The translations under genes and the position numbers were made by a program. A stretch of DNA of 51,858 nucleotides. Source: an uncultured Selenomonadales bacterium (lineage in GTDB: Bacteria; Bacillota; Negativicutes; Selenomonadales; Selenomonadaceae). Shown here in pieces: positions 1-8,658 of this stretch (positions are counted from its first letter, which is position 1; every line of letters starts with the position of its first letter). Where the stretch lies: contig CAMNLS010000001.1 in the NCBI GenBank assembly GCA_946543495.1, positions 1 through 51,858 of the forward strand, in the 5' to 3' direction. The notes below the pieces were generated by a model that worked only from the letters and a program-made list of their open reading frames with translations, made no database searches and was not told the DNA's origin.

Positions 1-155
1 TTCAAACGTCGCCGCCAAGCACAGGAAGATTGACAGCAGGAACGCCGCCGCCCCGCCGAACTCTTCTGTTGTCGCCGCCAAGATGAAAGGTGGCAACATC
101 GCCGCGCCGCACGCTAAAGTTAAGTAGCCCAGCAAGCCCGCTACAATTCGACGAT

Positions 156-1250
156 TCATTTGTTTGACTTGCGGCGATTGCACGCCTTGCACAGCATTTG
201 ACAATTCTCCGCTGTCGTCTTGCCACCCGCGCTCCACGGCGTGATATGGTCGCCTTCCATTTGCTCAAGTTCAAAGTGTCCGCCGCATTTCGCGCAGATT
301 CCCTGTTGCCGTTCGTAAGCCGCGCGCTTTAGCTTCTTTGAGAACTTGCGCAGATTCAAATGACGTTCGTCGCCGTCCAACAAGTATTCATATATGCCCG
401 CGTTGCGTTTTATTTCCTCGTCCTCCATGAGCCGTTTAATCTTCTCTTCAAGCTCCGCCGCGTCCAAGAACTTTTGCCCGTGACGATTATACATCAGCCC
501 CCACGGCAAGCCTTTCATCTCTTTACGATAGATGGGGAACGTCGCCTGCGCCCACGCGAACACGTTTTGAAAATAAATCCAAAGCTCGTTGCAATGGGTG
601 TCGTGCTGATGATTCGCCATGTACTCTTCCACAGAAATTTTATCGCGGTCGGCTATCCACTTAAGCGCGGTTTCTAAGAACTCTTGCTTTATCGCCGAAC
701 CCTTTAACCAGTCTTTATAGTTCTTGTGCGCCGCGCAGTCTTTCTTGCTGAAAAATTTCTTCGCCGCCGTCAGCCAAGCTCCTATGTAAACTATGTTGCG
801 ATTCTCTTGCTCCGTCAGCTCCACGCCCGCGATATTAACTATCTTAAACCAGTTAAGCTTTTCCATGTCACTGCCGCCGCTACAAATGTAAATCATCAGC
901 TTGTAATCCAGAAAGGCTTGCTTCTCTTCGGGCATCAAGTTCTTAAAGCCGCGCTTGTTGACCAGATAATCTCCGTGAACGTATTGGCAGATGCTTAGCG
1001 TGCGTTGTTGTCCGTCGAGGAGTTCATAACTTCCATTGCCGCTGTCCACCCAATACATCACGTTCAGCGGAAAATTTTTTTGTATGCTCTCAATCACCGC
1101 GTTGCGCTGTGCCTTCTTGTAAACGAATTCGCGTTGATAGGCAGGGCGTATGTTCAGCCGCCCGCCGTAGCAAAAGACGCCTTCATCAGCATTATCAACG
1201 TAGCCCGCTACCACTTCGCCTATCGGTATCTCGTGCATTTCAATCTTCAT
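156..1250 (-). CDS. DUF262 (GmrS/ParB-like) domain protein fused to a C-terminal HNH endonuclease; candidate restriction/defence nuclease
   Basis: 364-aa ORF. DUF262 hallmark DGQQR in 'YELLDGQQRTLSI'. C-terminal HNH zinc finger 'CAKCGGHF..GDHITPWSAGGKTTAENCQMLCKACNRRK'. Lies 16 nt downstream of the Fic gene on the same strand. Confidence 0.8.
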   Translation of the reverse strand: MKIEMHEIPIGEVVAGYVDNADEGVFCYGGRLNIRPAYQREFVYKKAQRNAVIESIQKNFPLNVMYWVDSGNGSYELLDGQQRTLSICQYVHGDYLVNKRGFKNLMPEEKQAFLDYKLMIYICSGGSDMEKLNWFKIVNIAGVELTEQENRNIVYIGAWLTAAKKFFSKKDCAAHKNYKDWLKGSAIKQEFLETALKWIADRDKISVEEYMANHQHDTHCNELWIYFQNVFAWAQATFPIYRKEMKGLPWGLMYNRHGQKFLDAAELEEKIKRLMEDEEIKRNAGIYEYLLDGDERHLNLRKFSKKLKRAAYERQQGICAKCGGHFELEQMEGDHITPWSAGGKTTAENCQMLCKACNRRKSNK

Positions 1251-1266
1251 GTTGCTTCGCCTCCGC

Positions 1267-1875
1267 CTAATTCAAATCCTCACTTCGATAAGCAAAATAA
1301 TTTTCGTAGAAGTAACTTGCGTCCAGTCCTTTCATAAAAATTTCGCGGTCGTCAGTCTTATCAGTCAACGCGGCGGCTAACAGCTTTTTTATCTGTGCGT
1401 CGTCAATCGGACTGCGCTCCATTGCCTGAAGATATTTTGTCTTGTCGATTCTGCTCCAGTCAATTACATTACCAATTTCCCTGCTTAGAATGTCATCAAG
1501 CCACAGCCGCATACTTCGCCTGTTGCCCTCTCTGAAAGGGTGCGCCACGTTCATTTCAACATACTTGGCGATTATCTCTTCAAAAGTTTTCTGCGGCATT
1601 TGCTCCACGCTCAAGACCGCCTCACGCAGATACAATGCCGAAGCAAATCGGAAGTTGCCCTTGCTTATGTTCTCGTTGCGAAGTTCGCCCGCGAAGTCGT
1701 AAAGCTCCGAGAACAGCCGCCGATGAATATGAGCCAGTGCCTTGAACGTGCCGCAATGAAATTGTTTCAGCTCGCCGCCCTGCCAAAGTTCAATCGCCGC
1801 TTGCTTGCTGAGCCGCTCCTCTGCTCGCGCTAACTCAATCGGGCTATCCAATCCCAATTTGTTTTTTAGCGTCAT
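1267..1875 (-). CDS. Fic/DOC-family protein (small, class-III-like) with deviant active-site motif
   Basis: 202-aa ORF. Fic motif 'HPFREGNRRSMR' (HxFx[DE]GN-R-RxxR, with R where the canonical second G sits). C-terminal 'SYFYEN' fits the (S/T)xxxE(G/N) auto-inhibitory helix motif. Start overlaps the MTase stop by 32 nt. Confidence 0.85.
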   Translation of the reverse strand: MTLKNKLGLDSPIELARAEERLSKQAAIELWQGGELKQFHCGTFKALAHIHRRLFSELYDFAGELRNENISKGNFRFASALYLREAVLSVEQMPQKTFEEIIAKYVEMNVAHPFREGNRRSMRLWLDDILSREIGNVIDWSRIDKTKYLQAMERSPIDDAQIKKLLAAALTDKTDDREIFMKGLDASYFYENYFAYRSEDLN

Positions 1876-2929
1876 TGCCTCGCCTCCTTATGAACAGCCG
1901 CTTATAAACTTTCCTGCCGTCAATCGTCGCTTGCCTGAACTGTGAATCGTCGTGCCACAGTCCATTTGAAAAGCCAACGCCTTCGCTCTCCGTCGCGCCG
2001 ACAATATCAAACTGCGTGGGGCAATACTTATCAAGGAAAGTAATCGGGACGCCCATGACGCCGAAATAATCTTCGGGAATCTCGGCGGTCTTGCTGACTT
2101 CGATAGCGTCGTAGTTGTCGTAGCGCGGATTGTCTTCGGGCGAATACTTCTTCCAAAGCGTCAACTCCCAATAGCGTTTCGGCGTCTCTATGTTCGTATA
2201 CCATAAGCATTGATTTGTTGAAACGATTCGTTGTCCGCCTTCAATGCGTGCCTCAGTCCCGTAAAGCTCGTAATCGTCGGGAACGATGAAGCCTGAAATT
2301 GCTCGTCCCATGCCATAACCCAGCCACATTTTATTTTGCATGATGAGCGGGAAGATTTCCTTGTAAGTGATTGAATTGATGTTGCCGATGATGAGAAACT
2401 TTTTATCGTAGTCGATGAGTTGCTTGACGTATTCGCGGAAGACGCTAAAGGGCGGGTTCGTGACGACAACATCGGCTTGCTTGAGGAGCGCGATTAACTC
2501 TTTGGAGCGGAAGTCGCCCGCGCAATAGTGCTCGTCGCCTTCAAGGGTCGTCGTCTTATAAATGCCGTGCTCAATGGCAAATTTCACGTCGTCGAGGTCT
2601 TCTGCGCCGTCGCCGTTCCAATCGCGTAGCTCGTCAACTTCAGTCATGTAAGCGGTCTTGCCGTCGGGGAAAAGGTTAATCTCCTTGCCGGCAATGGGTG
2701 AGTCGGCATAACTTGTGGTGATGAGCTTTTTAATCTCAAGCGTATTGAACATAAGCGCGAAGTATTGGAAGAAATTACTCTCGAAGGGGTCATCGCAGTT
2801 GCAAAGGACGACCTTGCCTTTAAAGAACTCTTTGTAGTGTCGAACCTCTTCGGCGATGTCGTCAAGCTGCGTATAGAACTTATCCTTCTTAGCACGTGCC
2901 GCCGCGTTCAGATTGTTATTCTTAGCCAT
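1844..2929 (-). CDS. N6-adenine DNA methyltransferase, EcoRI-methylase-like family
   Basis: 361-aa ORF. Catalytic NPPF in 'VVVTNPPFS'. N-terminal 'DKFYTQ...KVVLCNCDDP..SNFFQYFAL' resembles M.EcoRI-type enzymes. RBS GGAGGC upstream of the ATG. Confidence 0.8.
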   Translation of the reverse strand: MAKNNNLNAAARAKKDKFYTQLDDIAEEVRHYKEFFKGKVVLCNCDDPFESNFFQYFALMFNTLEIKKLITTSYADSPIAGKEINLFPDGKTAYMTEVDELRDWNGDGAEDLDDVKFAIEHGIYKTTTLEGDEHYCAGDFRSKELIALLKQADVVVTNPPFSVFREYVKQLIDYDKKFLIIGNINSITYKEIFPLIMQNKMWLGYGMGRAISGFIVPDDYELYGTEARIEGGQRIVSTNQCLWYTNIETPKRYWELTLWKKYSPEDNPRYDNYDAIEVSKTAEIPEDYFGVMGVPITFLDKYCPTQFDIVGATESEGVGFSNGLWHDDSQFRQATIDGRKVYKRLFIRRRGNDAKKQIGIG

Positions 2930-2941
2930 AGTGTAGCCTCC

Positions 2942-4474
2942 TTACCAGCTAGACTTCTTACGACGAACTTTGATACCCGCTAACGCAATCAGCAACGCGA
3001 ATATCTCAAGCCGCCCGACAATTAAAATTATCATGCAAAAGACTTTGCCGAACGCCGATAAACTCAAGAAGCTTTGAGCGTCGCACAGCCCCGGCAAATT
3101 CCCGACGGTCGATAAGCAAACGATTGACATTGCCACCGCCTCAGAAAATCTTGCGCCCAAGAAACTCAAGACAGCCGCGCAGATAAACATAGTAACGAGC
3201 GCAAGGAAGAAGAAACAAAGAATCCTTCCGACAGTATGCATTGGAACAGGCACGTTGCCGACACGAATCGCAGTCATCATGCGCGGGTGCATTGTCTTCT
3301 TTATATCCGCCGCCGTGATTTTGAATAGGACAATCAGCCGAATGATTTTAAAGCCGCCGGTCACCGAGCCGATACAACCGCCCGTCACAGCCATTAGGAA
3401 GATAAAAAATTTATCGAAGTCGTGAACCGCGCCCGCGCTCTCGTCAAGCGTGATACCCGTCGTGCTGATGAACGATACGATATAAAACAATGACTTATGA
3501 AACGCTTCGTTGCCGTCAACGTAAAGCCCTTGATAAAAGACGTGCAACATAAGAATCAACATGCCGAAGAAAATCATGCCGTAAAGAACTTGCACTTCCT
3601 CATTGGCGAAGACAAGTTTAAAGTTATCGCGGATTGTTCGATTGAGGCGCAGGAAGTATTGCTTAAGGCGCGTGAAGTAATTCCAACCAAATTCAAGGCG
3701 CGGCGGCAGAAGATTATAAATCACGCGATAATAAAGCAAGAAATTGCCGCAAGCGATTAGCATTGAGAATATCGCGGCGTATTCGACGTAAACATTGCTT
3801 TGCTCAGGGAAGAACCTTCCGCCGCCCGTCGAGATACAACGCATAGCCATAATCAATGAATCCCACACGTCAAGCCCCGCGAGCTTGAACACGACAACGC
3901 TAACCGCCGTCAACGTCACGTAAACTTTCATAACGCGGACGCTCATCAAGTTCATCTGCCCGATAACCGCGCTGAAGCCTTGCCCGCCTGGCAAGCTCAA
4001 ATTAATTCCGAAACAGCCGCTCACTTCCGGCAAGACGGTAACGAGCATGATTAAGAATAGGAACGAGCCGAGCCACATCAAAGAGCTTTGCCACAAGATT
4101 AAAGGATAAGGCACATTACTTGGCAAGATTGATAAGCCCGCCGAGGTCAAGTCGCCGACGGTTTCCAAGAGGGCGTCGAGCGGCATAAGGCAACCCGTCA
4201 GCACGAACGGCAAGCACCCGAAGAACGCAGTTATCGGATACATGATTAATATCGCCGCCGCCGAAGCCGCAATGGGTGCGCGTTGAAATCTGCCGATGCC
4301 TAATTGAAAAAAAAATATTCCCATCAAGACGGATACAATGCCCGTTAAGGCAAAGACAACCGCCGAGTCAGGTTCTTGAGATTCAATCAGCGCGTAAGCA
4401 ATCGGCAAGAGGAGTGTCGCCGCGAGCATAAGCACTGCTTGGCTCTGAATTCGCAAAATCATTTTTAAGTTCAT
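2942..4474 (-). CDS. TrkH/KtrB-family potassium uptake membrane protein
   Basis: 510-aa polytopic ORF. Glycine pore-loop motifs ('CISTGGG', 'VTGGCIGSVTGGFKIIRL') are typical of TrkH/KtrB. No TrkA/KtrA partner gene in the window. Confidence 0.75.
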   Translation of the reverse strand: MNLKMILRIQSQAVLMLAATLLLPIAYALIESQEPDSAVVFALTGIVSVLMGIFFFQLGIGRFQRAPIAASAAAILIMYPITAFFGCLPFVLTGCLMPLDALLETVGDLTSAGLSILPSNVPYPLILWQSSLMWLGSFLFLIMLVTVLPEVSGCFGINLSLPGGQGFSAVIGQMNLMSVRVMKVYVTLTAVSVVVFKLAGLDVWDSLIMAMRCISTGGGRFFPEQSNVYVEYAAIFSMLIACGNFLLYYRVIYNLLPPRLEFGWNYFTRLKQYFLRLNRTIRDNFKLVFANEEVQVLYGMIFFGMLILMLHVFYQGLYVDGNEAFHKSLFYIVSFISTTGITLDESAGAVHDFDKFFIFLMAVTGGCIGSVTGGFKIIRLIVLFKITAADIKKTMHPRMMTAIRVGNVPVPMHTVGRILCFFFLALVTMFICAAVLSFLGARFSEAVAMSIVCLSTVGNLPGLCDAQSFLSLSAFGKVFCMIILIVGRLEIFALLIALAGIKVRRKKSSW

Positions 4475-4477
4475 GAT

Positions 4478-4867
4478 TCAAAAGTGAAAGTGATTCATCA
4501 CATGTTCGGTTAAAGACTTCGCGTCGTCGTTCTTGTGCTCAAGAAGATATTCGAGCGTGTGCACGTTGAAGAACGAAGTTATCGGGACGTAGCGATTATA
4601 TTTGCGGAAGTCGCCCCACTTCATCAGCTTGGCATGTAGCTTGGAAATATCTTTCTTAGTTGCTTTGTGACGCTTAAGAATTCTGCCTAACAAAGCGTCG
4701 TCGCTTATCGCCGCAAAAATTTCGTCGATGAGCTTCGGATTAAGTTTGTCGTTCTCGTACTTCTCAATCAACGCGACGGAGGCTTTAGACATTTTAAGCG
4801 TTCGGCGTATCGCGAAGACGAAGTAGACAACCAACGCGACGAGTAGGACATCCAAGAAAATACTCAT
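4478..4867 (-). CDS. Hypothetical protein with N-terminal membrane anchor
   Basis: 129-aa ORF with one N-terminal TM helix ('IFLDVLLVALVVYFVFAI'). Stop lies 3 nt before the trkH-like start, suggesting co-transcription. No family recognised. Confidence 0.5.
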   Translation of the reverse strand: MSIFLDVLLVALVVYFVFAIRRTLKMSKASVALIEKYENDKLNPKLIDEIFAAISDDALLGRILKRHKATKKDISKLHAKLMKWGDFRKYNRYVPITSFFNVHTLEYLLEHKNDDAKSLTEHVMNHFHF

Positions 4868-4991
4868 GATTCATTCTCCGCTGTTCAAAATATTTTGACT
4901 GTGCTATTATTACTCAAAAGACTTCCGACCCATACGGAAGCGAAATGTATGAGCAGTGCTGTAATAATAACACAGCTAAGGAGCAAAGGAA

Positions 4992-5705
4992 ATGAATTAT
5001 AGCGGAACTTTTTACGGAATAGGCGTTGGACCGGGCGACCCGGAATTATTGACGGTCAAGGCGATTAATGCGCTAAGGAAAATCGACACGCTTATTGCGC
5101 CGAAGACCGAAAAAAAATCTGACAGCGTTGCCTTGTCAATCGCTCAACCTTATCTTAAACCAAGCGTCGAGATAATTTATCAGACCTTCCCGATGATTAA
5201 AGACTTTGCGGAGGAAACTGAAGTTTTCGAGGCGAACAAGGAGGAGATATTAAAGCACCTGCGCGACGAACAAAACGTTGGCTTTGCGACGATTGGTGAC
5301 CCTATGTTTTACAGCACGTACATTTATATCTTCCAACTGCTGGAGTCGTGCGGCGTTAAGATAGTGACGATACCTGGCGTGCCCGCGTTCCTGGCGATTG
5401 CCTCGCAGATAGGTCGCCCGCTCGCTTACGGCAATGACATCTTGACGATAATTCCGGCAACCGCTGAGCCAAACGCAATTAACACTGCCCTTGACCACGC
5501 TGACGCAACTGTTCTAATGAAGGTCTACAAAAATTTCCCGGAAGTCGTCGACGCTCTTCAAGCTCGCGGCATGCTTGACGAAGCGGCGTTAGTCAGTCGT
5601 TGCGGGCTTGATGACGAAAAGATTATTACGGACATTGCCGCGCATAAGCAGGAGCAATTAAATTACTTATCAACCATTCTCACGCGCCGCAAGCATCGCG
5701 GTTAA
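4992..5705 (+). CDS. cbiL: Precorrin-2 / cobalt-factor-II C20-methyltransferase
   Basis: 237-aa ORF. Tetrapyrrole methylase N-terminus 'FYGIGVGPGDPELLTVKA'. 'FATIGDPMFYSTY' and the length fit CbiL/CobI. RBS AAGGAG upstream. Confidence 0.75.
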   Translation: MNYSGTFYGIGVGPGDPELLTVKAINALRKIDTLIAPKTEKKSDSVALSIAQPYLKPSVEIIYQTFPMIKDFAEETEVFEANKEEILKHLRDEQNVGFATIGDPMFYSTYIYIFQLLESCGVKIVTIPGVPAFLAIASQIGRPLAYGNDILTIIPATAEPNAINTALDHADATVLMKVYKNFPEVVDALQARGMLDEAALVSRCGLDDEKIITDIAAHKQEQLNYLSTILTRRKHRG

Positions 5706-5920
5706 GGCTATTGTTGTAATCAAGCGGCAAATCTCTTTAAAAAAATTTTTTCATTTATCATAGGAAAATCATATAGCTTAATTATAATACGCGGTATCGG
5801 GCAATAGTTTTCGTAAATAAAAAATCGTTTAAAGGAGGGATAGTTTGGAAGAGGGAATAAATCTGCAGTTATATTAGACGTAAGAAACGTAAGCAATTAT
5901 TTCATTCGTATTTCAATCTA

Positions 5921-5948
5921 TTGACAAGAGGATTGATATTTGTATAAT
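5921..5948 (+). promoter_or_regulatory. Sigma70-type promoter for the Tad locus (TTGACA-16 nt-TATAAT)
   Basis: Perfect -35 TTGACA at 5921-5926 and perfect -10 TATAAT at 5943-5948, in a 315-bp AT-rich intergenic region about 90 nt upstream of cpaB. Confidence 0.5.
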
Positions 5949-6035
5949 GTGACCGAAAATTGCATGATAGGTCACAATTAAGTAATTATCAAAGGTAATT
6001 TGGTAAAATTGTTCATGTAGATGAGAGGCTTAGTC

Positions 6036-7115
6036 ATGTTTCAGAAAATATTAAATAAGCTAAATGACCTGCGACCTAAGCAACTAGCAATTTTGGCAGG
6101 AATCGCGGCGTTACTGATGTTCGTCGCGATTTATGCAGGGATAAGCATGATGACAGGAAAGGAAGTTGTCGTTAATCCTGTGGAACCTCCGCAGGAAGAA
6201 AAACCTGTCATCGAAACAAAATCCGTTGTCGTCGCGAAAATAAATATCCCTGCGCGGACAAGAATCCAAGAGAGTATGCTTGAGATGAAAGAAGTCCCTG
6301 CCGATTTGATTACGAGCGAGGCTATAACCAGCTTTGACTCCGTTAAGGATGTGCAAGTTAAAGTTTCAATATTCGCAGGCGACATACTCACAGTTCAAAA
6401 AGTTTTTAACGATAAGGGCGAGGAAGGCTTTGTAGGTGCAATTCCTCCTAACTGCCGCGCAGTATCGATAAATGTAAACGAGATAACGGGCGTAGCAGGA
6501 TTTGCCAAGCCAGGCGACCGCGTTGATTTACTCCTTGTCGAAAAAAGTAATTACAGCGCGACGACTGAAATTATCTTGCAGAATGTGCCGCTTCTTAGTA
6601 TTAACCAAGACATGAACGGTGCTAACATTGTCGACGAAAGCGGTGTAACTACTTCTGCAATAAGCAATCCGTCAATCGCAACGTTTGCATTGCCGCCCGA
6701 AGACGTTTTAGAATTAATCTCTGCGTCGAAGCTCGGGGAAATTTATATGATGTTGCGTCCCGCGAATCCAAGAGCTACTTATGTCGCGGAAAAGGCATGC
6801 ACTATGAATTCCATTAATAAGCCGCAACCTGTTTATGAACCCGAACCGACACCGGTTATCCCTTCAACCCCAGTTCCTGATGTACCTCTGCCGCAAATCC
6901 CTGTAGTGCCCGTCACACCGAAGTTTGATATTATTCAAGGCGACGAGCTTACACAAAGCTCTGAAGCAACTGCACAAGTTCAAAGCTTTTCCGCCTCTGC
7001 CCATTCCGCACTTCCAGCAATCCCTTCACGCAATGCCAGTACCGAATCTTATGCACCACCTGTTCCAAGCACGCCTGTGTCGAATTCTCCTATCATGAAT
7101 CAAATTGGACATTAA
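6036..7115 (+). CDS. cpaB: Flp pilus assembly protein CpaB/RcpC
   Basis: N-terminal TM anchor, then SAF-like region 'VVVAKINIPARTRIQESMLEMKEVP' and 'GFAKPGDRVDLLLV', typical of CpaB. Pro-rich C-terminal tail. The ORF track starts at 6021, but GAGAGG-7 nt-ATG favours 6036. Confidence 0.8.
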   Translation: MFQKILNKLNDLRPKQLAILAGIAALLMFVAIYAGISMMTGKEVVVNPVEPPQEEKPVIETKSVVVAKINIPARTRIQESMLEMKEVPADLITSEAITSFDSVKDVQVKVSIFAGDILTVQKVFNDKGEEGFVGAIPPNCRAVSINVNEITGVAGFAKPGDRVDLLLVEKSNYSATTEIILQNVPLLSINQDMNGANIVDESGVTTSAISNPSIATFALPPEDVLELISASKLGEIYMMLRPANPRATYVAEKACTMNSINKPQPVYEPEPTPVIPSTPVPDVPLPQIPVVPVTPKFDIIQGDELTQSSEATAQVQSFSASAHSALPAIPSRNASTESYAPPVPSTPVSNSPIMNQIGH

Positions 7116-7135
7116 AGAGTATAGGACTGTTAATT

Positions 7136-8641
7136 ATGAACTATTCAATCTTAAAGAAAATTTGTTTGGCGGCAGTAGTGCCCATTTGTTTATCGTCAAG
7201 TGTTGCTCATGCCGCCGAAGTCGAAACGCTTAGCATAAAGAAACAGACTTCGCATTACATAGACATGAAAAAGCAAATCACGCGAATTGCGGTGGGCAAC
7301 AAGGACATTGCGTCGGTTATTCAGTTGCCTGGCTCGGCGAATGAATTCTTAATCGTCACTAAGGCAAATGCCGGTTCGACTGCGCTGTTCGTGTGGACAA
7401 TCGACGGTGCTCGATATGAATATAATATCGTCGTTTCGCCCGAAGACCCCGGACAAGCCATGCTGATTGAACAGGCAATCGGGCTACCCGATGTTCATGT
7501 TAAGATGGTCGGCGAAAGAATTTTGCTAACAGGCACGGTCGAGAATCAATACGAAAAGAATTACGCCCTGCAGACGGCGCGGCTTTTTATAAACGGTAGC
7601 ACGGATAGCAGTCTTCTTGTCGGCAGTGGTTTCGACATGGAACTTAACATACAAAGTGCCAAATCCGAAGGCGGTGGAAATGGCGAAGTGAGCGAGTCAC
7701 AATCTTCTGGAACGATTATAGACCTTTTGCAAATTCTTCACCCGACGCAAATCCGCCTTGAAGCTCAGATTATTGAAATTAATTCCGATGACGCAAGAGA
7801 CCTCGGTCTCCAATACGGCACGAGCGGCAGAGGAGGCGTCTTTTATTTCGGCGAAGACTATGCCCGTTCTAATGCTCATACTTCTTTTAGAAATAATCCT
7901 ATCAAATGGGCAGAACAACATTTTTCTCCAATTAATGCCACAATTAACGTATTGGTCACTAATGGCAAAGCAAGGATTCTTTCGCGCCCAAGCGTTACGA
8001 CACTTAGCGGCGAACAGGCAACCATTCAAATCGGCGGTAAAATCCCTTATACGAATTATAGCGATAACGGCAGACCTGTTGTTAATTTTGAAGACTATGG
8101 CGTCATTTTGCAATTTAGACCTGTCGTTGACGCACAAAACCGGATAAACTCTGCAATCCATACGGAAGTTAGTAACCTCAGCGGGCAAAGTGTTGAAGGG
8201 CAACCGATTATCGCCACACGCCGCGCTGACTCTGTCATAACTTTAAATTCTGGCTCGCCAATCGTCATCGGCGGGCTTATGGATTCTTCGGAGAGTAAAA
8301 CCGTTTCAAAGATTCCGCTCCTTGGCGATATTCCCATTCTCGGCGAATTCTTTAAACATACCTCCAAAACCCGCGATAAACGTGAACTCATAATCGTCGT
8401 TACACCTTACCTCGTCGAATCGGAAGAAGAGCTTTCTCAATCTCCAATGTCAGAGCCTATGCGCCAGTGGTATGAACAGGAAGAAGCACAACGCAAAGTA
8501 ATGGAACCCCATGACTTCAAGGAACCTGAAGAATCCGACGATGACATTTTAGAAATTAAGGAGCCAGAGCCCGAAAGGATTCTGCCACCCGCCAATTATC
8601 CCCAAGACGGGAAAACCACCGATACACCGTTTAAAAAATAA
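7136..8641 (+). CDS. cpaC: Tad pilus secretin CpaC/RcpA
   Basis: 501-aa ORF with signal peptide ('..SSSVAHA'). BON-like N-domain. C-terminal secretin signature 'VSKIPLLGDIPILGEFFKHTSKTRDKRELIIVVTPYLV'. Confidence 0.9.
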   Translation: MNYSILKKICLAAVVPICLSSSVAHAAEVETLSIKKQTSHYIDMKKQITRIAVGNKDIASVIQLPGSANEFLIVTKANAGSTALFVWTIDGARYEYNIVVSPEDPGQAMLIEQAIGLPDVHVKMVGERILLTGTVENQYEKNYALQTARLFINGSTDSSLLVGSGFDMELNIQSAKSEGGGNGEVSESQSSGTIIDLLQILHPTQIRLEAQIIEINSDDARDLGLQYGTSGRGGVFYFGEDYARSNAHTSFRNNPIKWAEQHFSPINATINVLVTNGKARILSRPSVTTLSGEQATIQIGGKIPYTNYSDNGRPVVNFEDYGVILQFRPVVDAQNRINSAIHTEVSNLSGQSVEGQPIIATRRADSVITLNSGSPIVIGGLMDSSESKTVSKIPLLGDIPILGEFFKHTSKTRDKRELIIVVTPYLVESEEELSQSPMSEPMRQWYEQEEAQRKVMEPHDFKEPEESDDDILEIKEPEPERILPPANYPQDGKTTDTPFKK

Positions 8642-8658
8642 TTTAGGAGGAAGCTTTC

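Noticed and set aside
2-274. A 90-aa minus-strand ORF at the left edge, plus other open frames in 1-155. One is a possible minus-strand start at 99 giving 'MLPPFILAATTEEFGGAAAFLLSIFLCLAATFE...'. Another is a plus-strand frame ending at TAG 124-126.
   Set aside because: The listed ORF overlaps the HNH C-terminus out of frame and is Arg-rich and low-complexity. It has no RBS or recognisable family. The region is GC-rich with repeated GTCGCCGCCAAG, so several frames stay open by chance. There is too little sequence at the window edge to decide which, if any, is real.
4868-4991. A possible cobalamin riboswitch upstream of cbiL, and likewise upstream of cbiE (45097-45178) and cbiB.
   Set aside because: The leaders are only about 80-125 nt, too short for a cobalamin riboswitch, and I could not find a B12-box-like element. 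Only small hairpins are present, such as CTTCCG/CGGAAG at about 4921-4939. An Rfam scan would be decisive.
7697-8203. Long antisense or alternative-frame ORFs inside well-supported genes. Examples: 7697-8203(-), 13368-13739(-), 19966-20388(-), 34448-34939(-), 34945-35454(+), 42337-42925(+), 46098-46586(-), 47749-48234(-), 48695-49069(-).
   Set aside because: Each lies wholly within or opposite a CDS with clear family motifs. They have biased, low-complexity composition, lack RBSs and resemble no known family. These are typical shadow ORFs.
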